NCBI GenBank assembly: GCA_041660305.1
Contig: JBAZWO010000006.1
Location: 16,432 to 80,431 of the forward strand
Reading direction: 5' to 3'
Length of the DNA: 64,000 bases
Origin: Patescibacteria group bacterium
Lineage (GTDB): Bacteria > Patescibacteriota > Patescibacteriia > UBA9570
The translations under genes were made by a program, and so were the position numbers. Position 1 is the first letter of the stretch; each line of letters begins with the position of its first letter. The notes under the pieces were generated by a model. The model searched no databases. It saw only the letters and a list, made by a program, of their open reading frames with translations, and was not told the DNA's origin. Shown here piece by piece: positions 27,614 through 37,613 of the stretch.

Positions 27614-28780
27614 TTACCGTTCAATTAAAGTAATTAAATTCCGCGCAAAAGCAGTTACTGAAAAATTGTTAATAGCATGTTGGTATTGTTGTTCTAATAA
27701 ACTATTTCTTTGCTCAGAAGTTAAATTTAGCAAGTGTTTAATTTTATTAATCATATCAATACGATCATTTTGATTAAAAATACATAGCTCATTATTAATT
27801 ACTTCTGGAATACCGCCGTTACTACTACCCAATACTAATGTTTTACACATCATTGCTTCAGCAAGCACTCGTCCAAATAATTCGTAAAAATTATTATGAT
27901 TATTTGTGGGTAAAATCAATAAGTCAATGGCGTTATAAAACAACAATAATTCTTCATAATCTTTTTTACCAAGTAAAATACAACGTTGTTTTAATTGATG
28001 CTCTTCAAGATATTGTTTAATTTCTTCAATGTAATTAGCTTTACCTTCTCCAACTACCAAAAAAACAAATTGGCCTTCTAATTGAGGTAAACATTCAATA
28101 ACATCGAGTACACCTTTTTCTGGTACTAGCCGTCCGGCGAAACCAATTAGTTGTTTATTGATTAGATTAGCTGTAATACCTAATTTTTTTAATAATTCTG
28201 GTCGAGGTATGTTTAAATGTTGAAAACGATCGGGATGGCTGCTCCAATAAACAGTTTGAACATGTTTAGAGGAAGGAATAACTGCTTTAATGCGAGAGGA
28301 CTGTGTGTGATTGCGAGCGATAAATTTATTAATAAAGGGCTTATTTAAAGATAAAATTAGTTGGGCAGCCGGCACCAATGTATGTCTATTTTCTAAATAG
28401 TTAGCCTGACTCCAGGTAATGATCTGGTAATGCTTAAAAAACAGAAACTTATATAATACAACAAACCAAGCATCTAAAGTGTAGACTTCATCGGTGACAA
28501 TAATAGTGTCAGGCTTAAACGATAAGATTGTTTTGGGTAATTCTGGAAAATAGCCAGAAAAATGGTAGCGATATTTATCAAATAAAGCGCTTGGAATATA
28601 TTCTACATTGTTAATTATCTTGCGTTCTGGAAAGCGGTGCGTGCCATAACCATAAGAATATACAATTTCTTTAGGGATAATTACTTTTACTTCGTAATTG
28701 CCTTGTTTAGCTATAGCAGAGAAGAAATCTTGAAATTGTTGATGAGCTCCGTAATGGCTTAAAAATAATATTCGTTTCAT
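27614..28780 (-). CDS. glycosyltransferase family 4 (GT-B)
   Basis: GFAGRLVPEKG and the C-terminal FGRVLAEAMMCKTLVLGSSNGGIPEVI. Confidence 0.8.
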   Translation of the reverse strand: MKRILFLSHYGAHQQFQDFFSAIAKQGNYEVKVIIPKEIVYSYGYGTHRFPERKIINNVEYIPSALFDKYRYHFSGYFPELPKTILSFKPDTIIVTDEVYTLDAWFVVLYKFLFFKHYQIITWSQANYLENRHTLVPAAQLILSLNKPFINKFIARNHTQSSRIKAVIPSSKHVQTVYWSSHPDRFQHLNIPRPELLKKLGITANLINKQLIGFAGRLVPEKGVLDVIECLPQLEGQFVFLVVGEGKANYIEEIKQYLEEHQLKQRCILLGKKDYEELLLFYNAIDLLILPTNNHNNFYELFGRVLAEAMMCKTLVLGSSNGGIPEVINNELCIFNQNDRIDMINKIKHLLNLTSEQRNSLLEQQYQHAINNFSVTAFARNLITLIER

Positions 28781-28783
28781 AAT

Positions 28784-29476
28784 TCAGCAAAGATATTTAG
28801 ATAAGAACCTACTAATTTTACCAATATCGTTATTTGATTTTAATAATATAAAAGGTATACGCATTTTTTTTGCTACAGTTGCATCTCGTTTAATAGAATC
28901 ACCAATATACAAAACTTGACTAGGGTGCAAACGCATTTTTTGCAGTAATAGTTTCATGCCATGTAAAGCTGGTTTTTCATGTCCCGCTTCTTCAGAAGTT
29001 ACTATATAGGTGAAGTAGCTGGAAAGCTTGAGTTGTTTGATTTTATTTAGCTGAAGACTTGTTGTTAAGTCCGATAGAATAGCTAATTTTAAGTGGTGTT
29101 GTTGTAAATAATTTAGCAATGTTATTATATCGGGGCGTAATTTCATAGTTTTAAAATAAGCCCGCCAGAAAACTTGTTCAGCTTGCAGCGTTAATTGTGG
29201 CCTGGTTTGTTGATAGACCTGTTCAATAACATGCTGCAAATACAATAAACGTGAGTGTGATGCGGCTTGCCCATTAAGTTGTTTATGTATTTGCTTACGA
29301 GCTTTAGTGTAATACTGTTTAAGTAATAATGGGGTAACCTGTGTTTTTTTATTAAGCCAATGAATAACAGCTTGTTGACCGGCCAAGTTACATGGCGCAT
29401 AAGCGTAAAGGGTATTATCCAAATCAAGTATAACTGCTTTTACATTAATTTTAATATTTTTCCCATTGTTCAACAT
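28784..29476 (-). CDS. HAD-superfamily hydrolase/phosphatase
   Basis: Motif I is VILDLDNTLY. The later motifs are ILSDL and YIGDSIKRD. Confidence 0.8.
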   Translation of the reverse strand: MLNNGKNIKINVKAVILDLDNTLYAYAPCNLAGQQAVIHWLNKKTQVTPLLLKQYYTKARKQIHKQLNGQAASHSRLLYLQHVIEQVYQQTRPQLTLQAEQVFWRAYFKTMKLRPDIITLLNYLQQHHLKLAILSDLTTSLQLNKIKQLKLSSYFTYIVTSEEAGHEKPALHGMKLLLQKMRLHPSQVLYIGDSIKRDATVAKKMRIPFILLKSNNDIGKISRFLSKYLC

Positions 29477-30038
29477 AGTTTTGTGCCGTCATCACAGCAT
29501 TTAGAGGAAATTGTAATTGATGTAATTGTTTAATATAGTTAGGGATATCTTGCGGTCGACCCCAGCGTTCCGGGCATACTAAACAAGTTTTAAAACCTTG
29601 TAACTGTTTTATTATAGCGGCATCTAGTGGTAGGCGAGTGTTGGTATCTATCCATACCCAATCAGCTTTGCCTTTATAGTTTAGTACCGTTTCAATGACT
29701 TCATCTTCTGAATAACGCATAGCAATATTATGTATACCTTGTCTGGTAGCTTGATAAATATAAGAAAATTCAACATCAAGTAAAAAATATTTTTTTACTT
29801 GATACTGTTTGCACAAATCGAGTACTCGTTGTTCAATACCCGCTTCTTTGATATTAAGAATAATTCCGGCATGACGAAATTGTTTTAAATATTCTTCAAA
29901 ATCATCGCCAGAGGTAAAAGGTTCGTGGCTTAAATATAGTTTATTACCATTAGCGCGGATATCAATTTCAACACCATATTTAGGCGGGATGATTTTAAGT
30001 TGTGCAACGCTATTTACGCGATGAATGTAGATGTCCAT
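29451..30038 (-). CDS. hypothetical protein, weakly glycerophosphodiester-phosphodiesterase (GDPD)-like
   Basis: IHRVNS...GVEIDIR...LYLSHEPF resembles the GDPD HR..E.D...HD pattern. This is a weak, recollection-based assignment. Confidence 0.3.
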   Translation of the reverse strand: MDIYIHRVNSVAQLKIIPPKYGVEIDIRANGNKLYLSHEPFTSGDDFEEYLKQFRHAGIILNIKEAGIEQRVLDLCKQYQVKKYFLLDVEFSYIYQATRQGIHNIAMRYSEDEVIETVLNYKGKADWVWIDTNTRLPLDAAIIKQLQGFKTCLVCPERWGRPQDIPNYIKQLHQLQFPLNAVMTAQNYVEQWEKY

Positions 30039-30738
30039 GTAATTGAAAAATATACTTTATAGTTCGTAATATCGTTTTATATTTTGAGGAAAAACTAAAT
30101 GCCCACTTAGATTCACCGTATAAGCGCTTACTAAAGTTTACGGGGATGGTTTTAATAGTATAATCATTTTTTTTGGCTAAGTAAAGAGTATAAAGATCAA
30201 GCGAAAAATCAGTTGGAGGATTGATCATTTTATCCAAAAAAGTTTTATGAAACATTTTTGGCTGGCCATTAATATCATATAGTGCTGTTCTTAATACAAC
30301 ACTGGTAATAAGCGACATTCCAAACGTAAAAGCCCAATCTGTAAATTTTCGATTAATTCGTTTGCCTTTAATAATAATCTTGTCTGGAGTATTAATCTCT
30401 ACAAAGGCTCGGTAAGCAGTAAGTACATCAGCTGGATCTGTTTGCAGATCAGCATGTGTCCAGGCTAATACTTCACCGCTAGCTGCTTGTAAACCAGTCA
30501 TAATACCATGGCCATAACCAATATTTTTAAGCACAGTGACAACACGAGCAAAATTGTATTGGTGGTTTTTTAATTCCTCAGCGAATATAGAAGCCGATGC
30601 ATCCGTGGAACCATTATTTACTAAAATCACTTCAATGGGTTGTTGAACAATGATTGCGGCGAATTTTTTTAAAATCAATGGAATGTTTTTCGCTTCATTA
30701 TAACAAGGTACAATAATACTAAGTGCGTTCATAAACAT
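30010..30738 (-). CDS. glycosyltransferase family 2 (polyprenol-phosphate sugar synthase-like)
   Basis: I prefer the ATG at 30738 or 30732 (MFMNALSIIVPCYNEAKNI). It carries VNNGSTDAS and a THADLQ motif. Confidence 0.8.
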   Translation of the reverse strand: MFMNALSIIVPCYNEAKNIPLILKKFAAIIVQQPIEVILVNNGSTDASASIFAEELKNHQYNFARVVTVLKNIGYGHGIMTGLQAASGEVLAWTHADLQTDPADVLTAYRAFVEINTPDKIIIKGKRINRKFTDWAFTFGMSLITSVVLRTALYDINGQPKMFHKTFLDKMINPPTDFSLDLYTLYLAKKNDYTIKTIPVNFSKRLYGESKWAFSFSSKYKTILRTIKYIFQLHGHLHSSRK

Positions 30739-32296
30739 AAAAATTATTTGTTTCGAAGGTAACCTTATAGTGAAAAAATACATTTTTAACAAATATCCCA
30801 TCCGTTGTTAAGCGTTGGAGTATTTCATTAGATCCGGTATTTTTTTCTATTAATATTAATTTTGGTTGATAATTAATTAATTGTGTTTCATCTAAGTTTC
30901 CCCAAATTGGGTAAATTTTAATACCATTAAAAGGCGTAGGGTCAAAATAAACATAAGCGGTTTTTAATATGACTAGATTGTTTTTGTTTTGTTGATACAA
31001 CCATTGCTCAAACTGTTGTTTTGCTACAATCTTATTTTGAAAATTTGCGCTAGTTTCACGGCCAGCTATTTCAGCATATTGTGCAATGATTTTATCAACA
31101 TTAATACTAAATAATACTATAACAAAAATGATTAGACACATTTTTTCATACTTCTCATATTTTTTTAACCAAAATAATTCTTTGAAATTAATAGTAAATA
31201 TTCCAATCAATACAAATACAAAACTCGGAAACAGGTACCAGTTCCATAATTTATGAACAGTGATTATGATATAACTTGTATAACTGAACCATAAACAGAA
31301 CAGAAACAATAATCGATGATCATTATGTTTACTTGCTCTAATGCCTAGATAGATAAAAACGATTATGCTCAATATCAAAAAACTGGTAGGAAGAAAATCT
31401 TTGCTAATAATATCTGTATACCATGTTTGATAATTTACACCGGTAAATAAACCATTATGACCAGTGCGATTATCTTCCATAATTGTCTTGGTTACATTAA
31501 TATACCTTACCATAGCTGGTTTGCCACTGGCCAGTAATGTTGGGTTAGATATTAAGAATGTACCGCAAAATAGTAGAGCGGAAAATAACATAAGATAAAC
31601 AAATGTACCTAAAGATCGTTGCCAATAGACGATTAAAAGATAAAAAATAAATACAGGAACAAACAGTAATAATGATATTTTTAAACTAACCGCTATGCCA
31701 AGTAGAATTAGTGTAAAATAGACGTTACGTTTATTAAATGGATTTTTTAATAAATAATAAACACTGGCCGTACTAAAAGCCATGGTCATGAATTCTATAC
31801 TAAACGCTTTATAATAAAAATAAAAAGCCGGCATAGCTAAAATAGCTAAAGCCCCTAATACGGCATTTATGCGGCTAGCTCTTAATAACAGAATAATTTT
31901 ATATATAAAAAAAATAGTTACTCCTAACCATATTGACGATAACAAGCGCATCGTTAAAATTTCAGCAGGAAAAGACATAAAAAAATGTGGAATTAATCCA
32001 ATAGTGCCATAAACATACCAAAATAATGTTCCGTATCCCCAAGAATTATCTAGGTTTAAAAAAACGTGAGGATTATGAGCTTGCAATGGTTGATACCATG
32101 CACGATCTAAAAAATTTGTAAAAACCCATTCATCCAATGATAACACATTTAACATTGCGGCATCAGTTTTTACATACAGGTAGGCTGGCAAATTGATTGC
32201 CATACAAACAACTATAAAACTAATCAATATGAGAGCATCAAATTTTTTTATATTTTTTTTCAAATAAGCAATTACTCTAGTAACGAACGAAGACAT
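30719..32296 (-). CDS. GT-C-like polytopic membrane protein, paralogue 1 of a three-member family
   Basis: The ATG at 32296 (MSSFVTRV...) removes the 101-nt overlap of the track ORF. AAMLNVLSLDEWVF and GYGTLFWYVYG are shared with 32277-33845 and 37614-39215. Confidence 0.65.
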   Translation of the reverse strand: MSSFVTRVIAYLKKNIKKFDALILISFIVVCMAINLPAYLYVKTDAAMLNVLSLDEWVFTNFLDRAWYQPLQAHNPHVFLNLDNSWGYGTLFWYVYGTIGLIPHFFMSFPAEILTMRLLSSIWLGVTIFFIYKIILLLRASRINAVLGALAILAMPAFYFYYKAFSIEFMTMAFSTASVYYLLKNPFNKRNVYFTLILLGIAVSLKISLLLFVPVFIFYLLIVYWQRSLGTFVYLMLFSALLFCGTFLISNPTLLASGKPAMVRYINVTKTIMEDNRTGHNGLFTGVNYQTWYTDIISKDFLPTSFLILSIIVFIYLGIRASKHNDHRLLFLFCLWFSYTSYIIITVHKLWNWYLFPSFVFVLIGIFTINFKELFWLKKYEKYEKMCLIIFVIVLFSINVDKIIAQYAEIAGRETSANFQNKIVAKQQFEQWLYQQNKNNLVILKTAYVYFDPTPFNGIKIYPIWGNLDETQLINYQPKLILIEKNTGSNEILQRLTTDGIFVKNVFFHYKVTFETNNFYVYERT

Positions 32297-33845
32297 AAAA
32301 ATTTTCTGTTTCAAATGATTTTTTATAACGAAATAATTTATTGTCAATACTGTATCCTGAATTTGGTTCAGGGTCAATCATGCCATTAAAGAAATGTTTG
32401 GGATCTTGTTGAATTCCAGCGAATACCCATTTTTCTAATAGTATCATATTTGGCTCATAATAAGTAAAATGCCACTCACTCAATTTTCCCCAAAATGGGT
32501 TAATCGTAAAATGATCATAAGGAGTTTCATCGAAGTATACATAAGGTGATTTTAAAATAGAAATGTTATGAAAATTTTGGGTTGTTAACCAGTTATTAAA
32601 CGTTTGTTTTGATCGAACTTTTATTTGAAAATCTGCACTTTGTTCACTCTCAGCTAAAGCCGAATAATGGCTAGCAATTGTTTTATGATTAGTTAGTAAT
32701 AATCCTAAAAAACAAATGATTAAAGTAATAATTTTAAGATGATATTTTTTCCAGTGTAAAAAAATATCATCTGACCAAGCAGCTAGTCCAACTGGAAGTA
32801 ATGTGAATCCTGGAAAAAGATACCACGTCCAAATTTTTTTTACAGTAAATATAATATATAAGATAAATAATACACTAATACTAAACAACAAAATAGCCTG
32901 CAAACGTTTTTTATTGTTAGGTAAAAAAATAATCCATAGTAAGTACCCAATAATAAATAGTGTTATAAAAGGCAGTACCATATAATCTGAATGTATACCT
33001 TTGGTGTACCAACTAATATAATTAATAGATGTAACATCAATTGCCCCATGACCAGTTTTATTATCTTGGATGTTACGTTGCAATAACATAACGTAATAAG
33101 CTGTACCACCGGATGAAGTAATAACGAAAGGATTGCTAATTAAAAAACCAGTCAAGCCAATACAGCTGCCAATAATGATTTTTAAAAACCAATTTTGCCA
33201 TGATAACCAATGTAAACCAACTAGTAAGTAAATAATAGCTACTGGCAAAATAATAATTGCCGAGGCTTTTGTACCAATAGCCGAAGCAAATAAAAATAAA
33301 GCTAAGTATAAGTTTTTTTTATAAGTAAAATTATCTTTCAATAAATAATAAATGCTAGCAACTAGCAATCCTGTACCCATGAATTCTACACTAAACGCTT
33401 TGGCATAAAAATAATAAGCCGGCATTGTTAATATCATGATAGCTCCCAGAACACTTGGTAAGGTTTTTTGTGTATAAAGAAAAATTATTTTGTATACAAA
33501 AAACAATATAATGCCTAACCAGGCAGCTGAAATTAAACGTAGCGTAATTATCTCTAATTGAAACGTTCCAAAATGATAAATGGGATAAGTAAGTAATCCA
33601 TAAACATAATAAAATATTGTTCCATACCCTACGTTGTCGCGCAAAGCTAGTAGCTCTCGATAAGATTTAGCATCGAGCAAACGATAGAATTGATTGTTTA
33701 AAAAATCAATATTTACCCATTCATCAAGCGATAATGTATTTAACATCGCTGCATCGGTACTGACAGCTCGATAAGCTGGAAAGTTAATGGCCATTACTAC
33801 CAGAATAAATAGAATAACTGTAATAATCTGTTTCAACCAAGACAT
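32277..33845 (-). CDS. GT-C-like polytopic membrane protein, paralogue 2
   Basis: AAMLNTLSLDEWVN and GYGTIFYYVYG. It is collinear with paralogue 1, including the C-terminal ...FETENFYVFVRY versus ...FETNNFYVYERT. Confidence 0.65.
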   Translation of the reverse strand: MSWLKQIITVILFILVVMAINFPAYRAVSTDAAMLNTLSLDEWVNIDFLNNQFYRLLDAKSYRELLALRDNVGYGTIFYYVYGLLTYPIYHFGTFQLEIITLRLISAAWLGIILFFVYKIIFLYTQKTLPSVLGAIMILTMPAYYFYAKAFSVEFMGTGLLVASIYYLLKDNFTYKKNLYLALFLFASAIGTKASAIIILPVAIIYLLVGLHWLSWQNWFLKIIIGSCIGLTGFLISNPFVITSSGGTAYYVMLLQRNIQDNKTGHGAIDVTSINYISWYTKGIHSDYMVLPFITLFIIGYLLWIIFLPNNKKRLQAILLFSISVLFILYIIFTVKKIWTWYLFPGFTLLPVGLAAWSDDIFLHWKKYHLKIITLIICFLGLLLTNHKTIASHYSALAESEQSADFQIKVRSKQTFNNWLTTQNFHNISILKSPYVYFDETPYDHFTINPFWGKLSEWHFTYYEPNMILLEKWVFAGIQQDPKHFFNGMIDPEPNSGYSIDNKLFRYKKSFETENFYVFVRY

Positions 33846-33892
33846 AAACAGTATTATACTTAATTTTAGAAAAATATGCTATAATCTGTTTT

Positions 33893-35584
33893 ATGATAAA
33901 TTTTTGGACAGGATTGTTGCCGGTTTTATTAATTCTTGCTTTATCAGGTTTATTCGTTATAGCCGGTTTAACAATCTATAGATATGGAATAATAGGGTAC
34001 AAGGAACATCCTTGGTCACTTCGCTTGGGATTAGGCTATTTTTTTGGCTTGGCTGTATTTCTTATAGTGTATCGTTTAGTAACGGCCTGGTTACAGCAAG
34101 CTAATACGGCTGCTAAAATTGGATTAATAGTGTGTGCAATTTTAGCTTTGTTGGAGTTAGTACGTTGGCGGAGTAAATATTTTATTTTTTTTGTAAAACA
34201 ACATTATTGGCAAATAATGTTAAGTGTTTTTTTAATCAGCGGTATTTCTGTTCTATTATTTTGTTTGTGGCTACCAAACTGTCCTTTACCGACGGATCCA
34301 TTTATACATTTCGGATCAATTCATAGTGGTCGTAATGTTAACATTGCTAAATATATCTATGATAACAATACTATTCCCGCATTAACACAAAATTATGGAC
34401 ATGCTCTTCTGGCCAGTATAGTACTTTGGTTTGGTTTTCAAACTCCATTTTCAGCGTTGTTTATATGGCTGGTAGTTTCTATGTGTTTTTATGCGTTTAT
34501 TGTGTACGGTTTTTTCCGCTGGTTTGATCTTAACATGCGTTTAAGTTATTTAGGTTTATTGATTGTTCTGGTTGGTAACACGGCTTTATCCTTTCTTGAT
34601 ATCGGTGTAATCGACTCTTACAGCCCATTAATTAGAACTGGTTATGTCGATACTATTTTGGCTATTGCGACTTTCTTTGGTTTTGTATTGTGGTTGAAAA
34701 ATATGTATAGTCAAACCACCATTTTACAGTATGTATTAGTACCAAGTATTTTTGGTTTTGTTTGGAATATGTTTGCCTCGCAAAATATTGTGATGGGCAT
34801 AGTAACATATGGGATAATGTTGATCGTTATTTTACGAAATAAAAAAATCTCATTTTATCGTATTAGTATTAGTGCACTTTTTTTTACCATGGCAGTGGGA
34901 TTAGGTAGTATGTATGGAGGCATGTTAACAATAAAGCAGTTTCAAGATGTAGTTCATGTCCCAGGCATTTTAACTGCTCCTTTAGCCAAGAATATTGTGA
35001 ATATTACTCCAGAACTCCCGTATCTATATTATGGCAGTGAATATCATTATTCGCCCTATCATTTTACCGTACCGCTTAATAATTTTTTTCACTATCAACT
35101 AAACAATGACGATGTATGGAAAATAGAGAATAATATTTGGTTGGCTTTACGAATCACTTTTTGGCCATTAGTAGGTTGTATTTTAACGGGCATATTATTA
35201 TATTTTCAAAAAACCAAAAAAACAAGCATTGATTGGAATACTAATGTAGTAAGCAAAATTAAGCACTTTTTATCAATTACATTAATCGTTTTTATAACAG
35301 GAGTAAGTATTGCATTTTGGTTCCAATTAGGAGATTTTAAATGGGAACTAACTCGTTTTATTATCCCGGCTTATGTATTTGGCATGTTTTTATTAGTCGT
35401 TAGTGGTTCTACTATATTAGGTCGTTTAAAACAAAAAAGGCAGCAAATATTTTTTTCAGTTATAATAACTTTTGTCATTTTAATTGGTCCGACCCGACAT
35501 ATACTAGAAATTGTTTATAGAAATATATGGTTGGATACCTTGGGAGGAATTGAAACAAGAATGGACTTATTTTTTCATCATTAA
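33893..35584 (+). CDS. large polytopic membrane protein, hypothetical (glycan assembly context)
   Basis: A 563-aa protein with at least 12 hydrophobic segments and no recognisable motif. Confidence 0.45.
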   Translation: MINFWTGLLPVLLILALSGLFVIAGLTIYRYGIIGYKEHPWSLRLGLGYFFGLAVFLIVYRLVTAWLQQANTAAKIGLIVCAILALLELVRWRSKYFIFFVKQHYWQIMLSVFLISGISVLLFCLWLPNCPLPTDPFIHFGSIHSGRNVNIAKYIYDNNTIPALTQNYGHALLASIVLWFGFQTPFSALFIWLVVSMCFYAFIVYGFFRWFDLNMRLSYLGLLIVLVGNTALSFLDIGVIDSYSPLIRTGYVDTILAIATFFGFVLWLKNMYSQTTILQYVLVPSIFGFVWNMFASQNIVMGIVTYGIMLIVILRNKKISFYRISISALFFTMAVGLGSMYGGMLTIKQFQDVVHVPGILTAPLAKNIVNITPELPYLYYGSEYHYSPYHFTVPLNNFFHYQLNNDDVWKIENNIWLALRITFWPLVGCILTGILLYFQKTKKTSIDWNTNVVSKIKHFLSITLIVFITGVSIAFWFQLGDFKWELTRFIIPAYVFGMFLLVVSGSTILGRLKQKRQQIFFSVIITFVILIGPTRHILEIVYRNIWLDTLGGIETRMDLFFHH

Positions 35585-36417
35585 TTAGCTTGATTCGCGA
35601 TATATTTTTGCCAGTACATGAGAGTAGCTAGATTATGAGGCAAAGGGTTTTTATTGCTTTGTTGATATTTGCAATAATTAAACCAACTCATAAATTCTTC
35701 TAAATCTTCAGGCGTACCCCATTGGCAGAATTGTTCAACTTCATAAATATGTACCGGTAATTTATCATGTACTAACAAGTTATAAACTAAACTAACATAA
35801 TATTCACCATTTAAATTAACATCCTCGTTTATTAGTTGTTGAAAATATTTTTTTACTAACGCACCAGATTGAAAATAATAAGTGCCATCCGATTGATAAG
35901 ATTGCATTTTATCTGCTGTCCAGGAATATTTTTCTCTAATTTCCAATAAATTTTTTTGAGCATCTACTTTACATGATGCATACAAGTTTGGCCCTAATAA
36001 GTGAGGATGAAAACCGATATAACAAGGTATAGCACCAGCGTATTTTTTTTCTAATACGTCTTTTTTGAAATTAGCATAATCCCAAACACAATTAAAATCA
36101 CAGTAATTTACTATAGTAGGTTCATTATCATCAATTGCTTCTAAGGCTTGTAATATTGCCCAAACTGGGCCTTTTTTTTGTGATTCAATGCCAATAATCT
36201 TGCCACTAGGCATAACTCTATTTAACTCTTTGCGTAAAGGTGTAGTGGCTAAATGATCATTATTACAGATAAATACAAAGTTTGTTTCTCCCGGAAATAA
36301 TTTAACAACATATTCAATAATTGGCTTATTATCTACCTTAATAAGTGGTTTAATTTCTTTGTATCCTTTGTGTATAAATCGACTACCTAAACCAGACATG
36401 GGGATAATGATTTGCAT
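35581..36417 (-). CDS. sugar-phosphate nucleotidyltransferase (NTP_transferase fold)
   Basis: I prefer the ATG at 36417, giving MQIIIPMSGLGSRF..KPLIKVDNKPII. It is paralogous in pattern to 44068-44898. Confidence 0.7.
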   Translation of the reverse strand: MQIIIPMSGLGSRFIHKGYKEIKPLIKVDNKPIIEYVVKLFPGETNFVFICNNDHLATTPLRKELNRVMPSGKIIGIESQKKGPVWAILQALEAIDDNEPTIVNYCDFNCVWDYANFKKDVLEKKYAGAIPCYIGFHPHLLGPNLYASCKVDAQKNLLEIREKYSWTADKMQSYQSDGTYYFQSGALVKKYFQQLINEDVNLNGEYYVSLVYNLLVHDKLPVHIYEVEQFCQWGTPEDLEEFMSWFNYCKYQQSNKNPLPHNLATLMYWQKYIANQAN

Positions 36418-36527
36418 AAGCATATCATAGCTAAACAAATATATTTTAACAAGACAATGCATAAAGAAATCTATTATTATTTGTTTAAGTATTGTATACT
36501 AATTTTAATATTATTATATGGTAAAAA

Positions 36528-37565
36528 ATGAGAGATCTAAAAATAGATAGTTTAAAAGGTTTTTTAATTATTTGTGTACTTTGGGGGCATATGTGTGTTT
36601 TGGTTACTGGTCTTACTAATGCTGATGCAACCTTGTGGAATACTTTTTTTGAGCTCATTAATACTTATTTTCCAGTATACTATTTTCATATGCCTTTATT
36701 TTTTGCGTTGTCTATTATTTTTGTTAGATCCATCAATTTTGAATTGGTTAAAAAAAGAGTGCTTACAATATTATTTCCATATGTATTTTGGTTTGTATGG
36801 CCTCATTTGGATACAGGTTTAATTCACCCATTAGTAACAATAAAACATTTACTTTATGGTAATTGGATTAACATTGTTTCCATATTATGGTTTTTGCCTG
36901 CGCTGTTTAGTGTAAATATATATTATGCCTTATATCGCAAATATTCACATAAAAAATACGTAGGTATATTTTTTGTATTAGCCGGTATTATTTTTTTATT
37001 AGCCAAGTCTATCGCGCAAACATACCATGTAATGATTCCGTTTGGGTTAGATTTAGCTATCTATTTATTTCCCTATTTATTTATTATTGATACCATTTAT
37101 AAACACAAACATTTTTTTACCAAATATAATAAATGGTATGCATTATTATTAATACCAGTAGGTATAAGCGCTGTTCGATTAATTGATTATTACGAGCCAA
37201 TGAAGGATTATACGCCCTACATAGCAAGAATTGATCTAGCACAATTTAGCGTACCATTTACTGTTATTGGGTATGGTGCAATGATGTTGTTATCAAGTGC
37301 AATAGTTATTTTTTTTCTAATAATTAATCCAGTAAAGATATTAAGTTACATTGGCAAGTATAGTATGCCTATATATTTATTACACTTAGTAGTGATGGGT
37401 AAGTTAATAATGATTTACAACAAAGTTATCTTACTAAACAATCCTAGATTATTTCTTGTAGTTATACTAATATCATTTTCAATAATTATTATTAGTTCTA
37501 TTGTAATTTCCAAATTACTAACAAAACTTTCTAAATACGCTAAATATATAGGAATGGTAGCTTGA
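36528..37565 (+). CDS. acyltransferase family 3 membrane O-acyltransferase
   Basis: LKGFLIICVLWGHM at the N-terminus and about 10 TM segments. Confidence 0.75.
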   Translation: MRDLKIDSLKGFLIICVLWGHMCVLVTGLTNADATLWNTFFELINTYFPVYYFHMPLFFALSIIFVRSINFELVKKRVLTILFPYVFWFVWPHLDTGLIHPLVTIKHLLYGNWINIVSILWFLPALFSVNIYYALYRKYSHKKYVGIFFVLAGIIFLLAKSIAQTYHVMIPFGLDLAIYLFPYLFIIDTIYKHKHFFTKYNKWYALLLIPVGISAVRLIDYYEPMKDYTPYIARIDLAQFSVPFTVIGYGAMMLLSSAIVIFFLIINPVKILSYIGKYSMPIYLLHLVVMGKLIMIYNKVILLNNPRLFLVVILISFSIIIISSIVISKLLTKLSKYAKYIGMVA

Positions 37566-37613
37566 TTGCAGGGTTTTAGTTTTAATTGTAAAAAACAGTA
37601 TAGAGCAATAGTT

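Noticed and set aside
32277-32377. The 101-nt overlap between the two GT-C paralogue ORFs given in the track.
   Set aside because: The paralogue alignment shows that the downstream gene begins at the internal ATG at 32296 (MSSFVTRV..). That leaves a 16-nt gap, so the N-terminal 27 codons of the track ORF are probably not translated.
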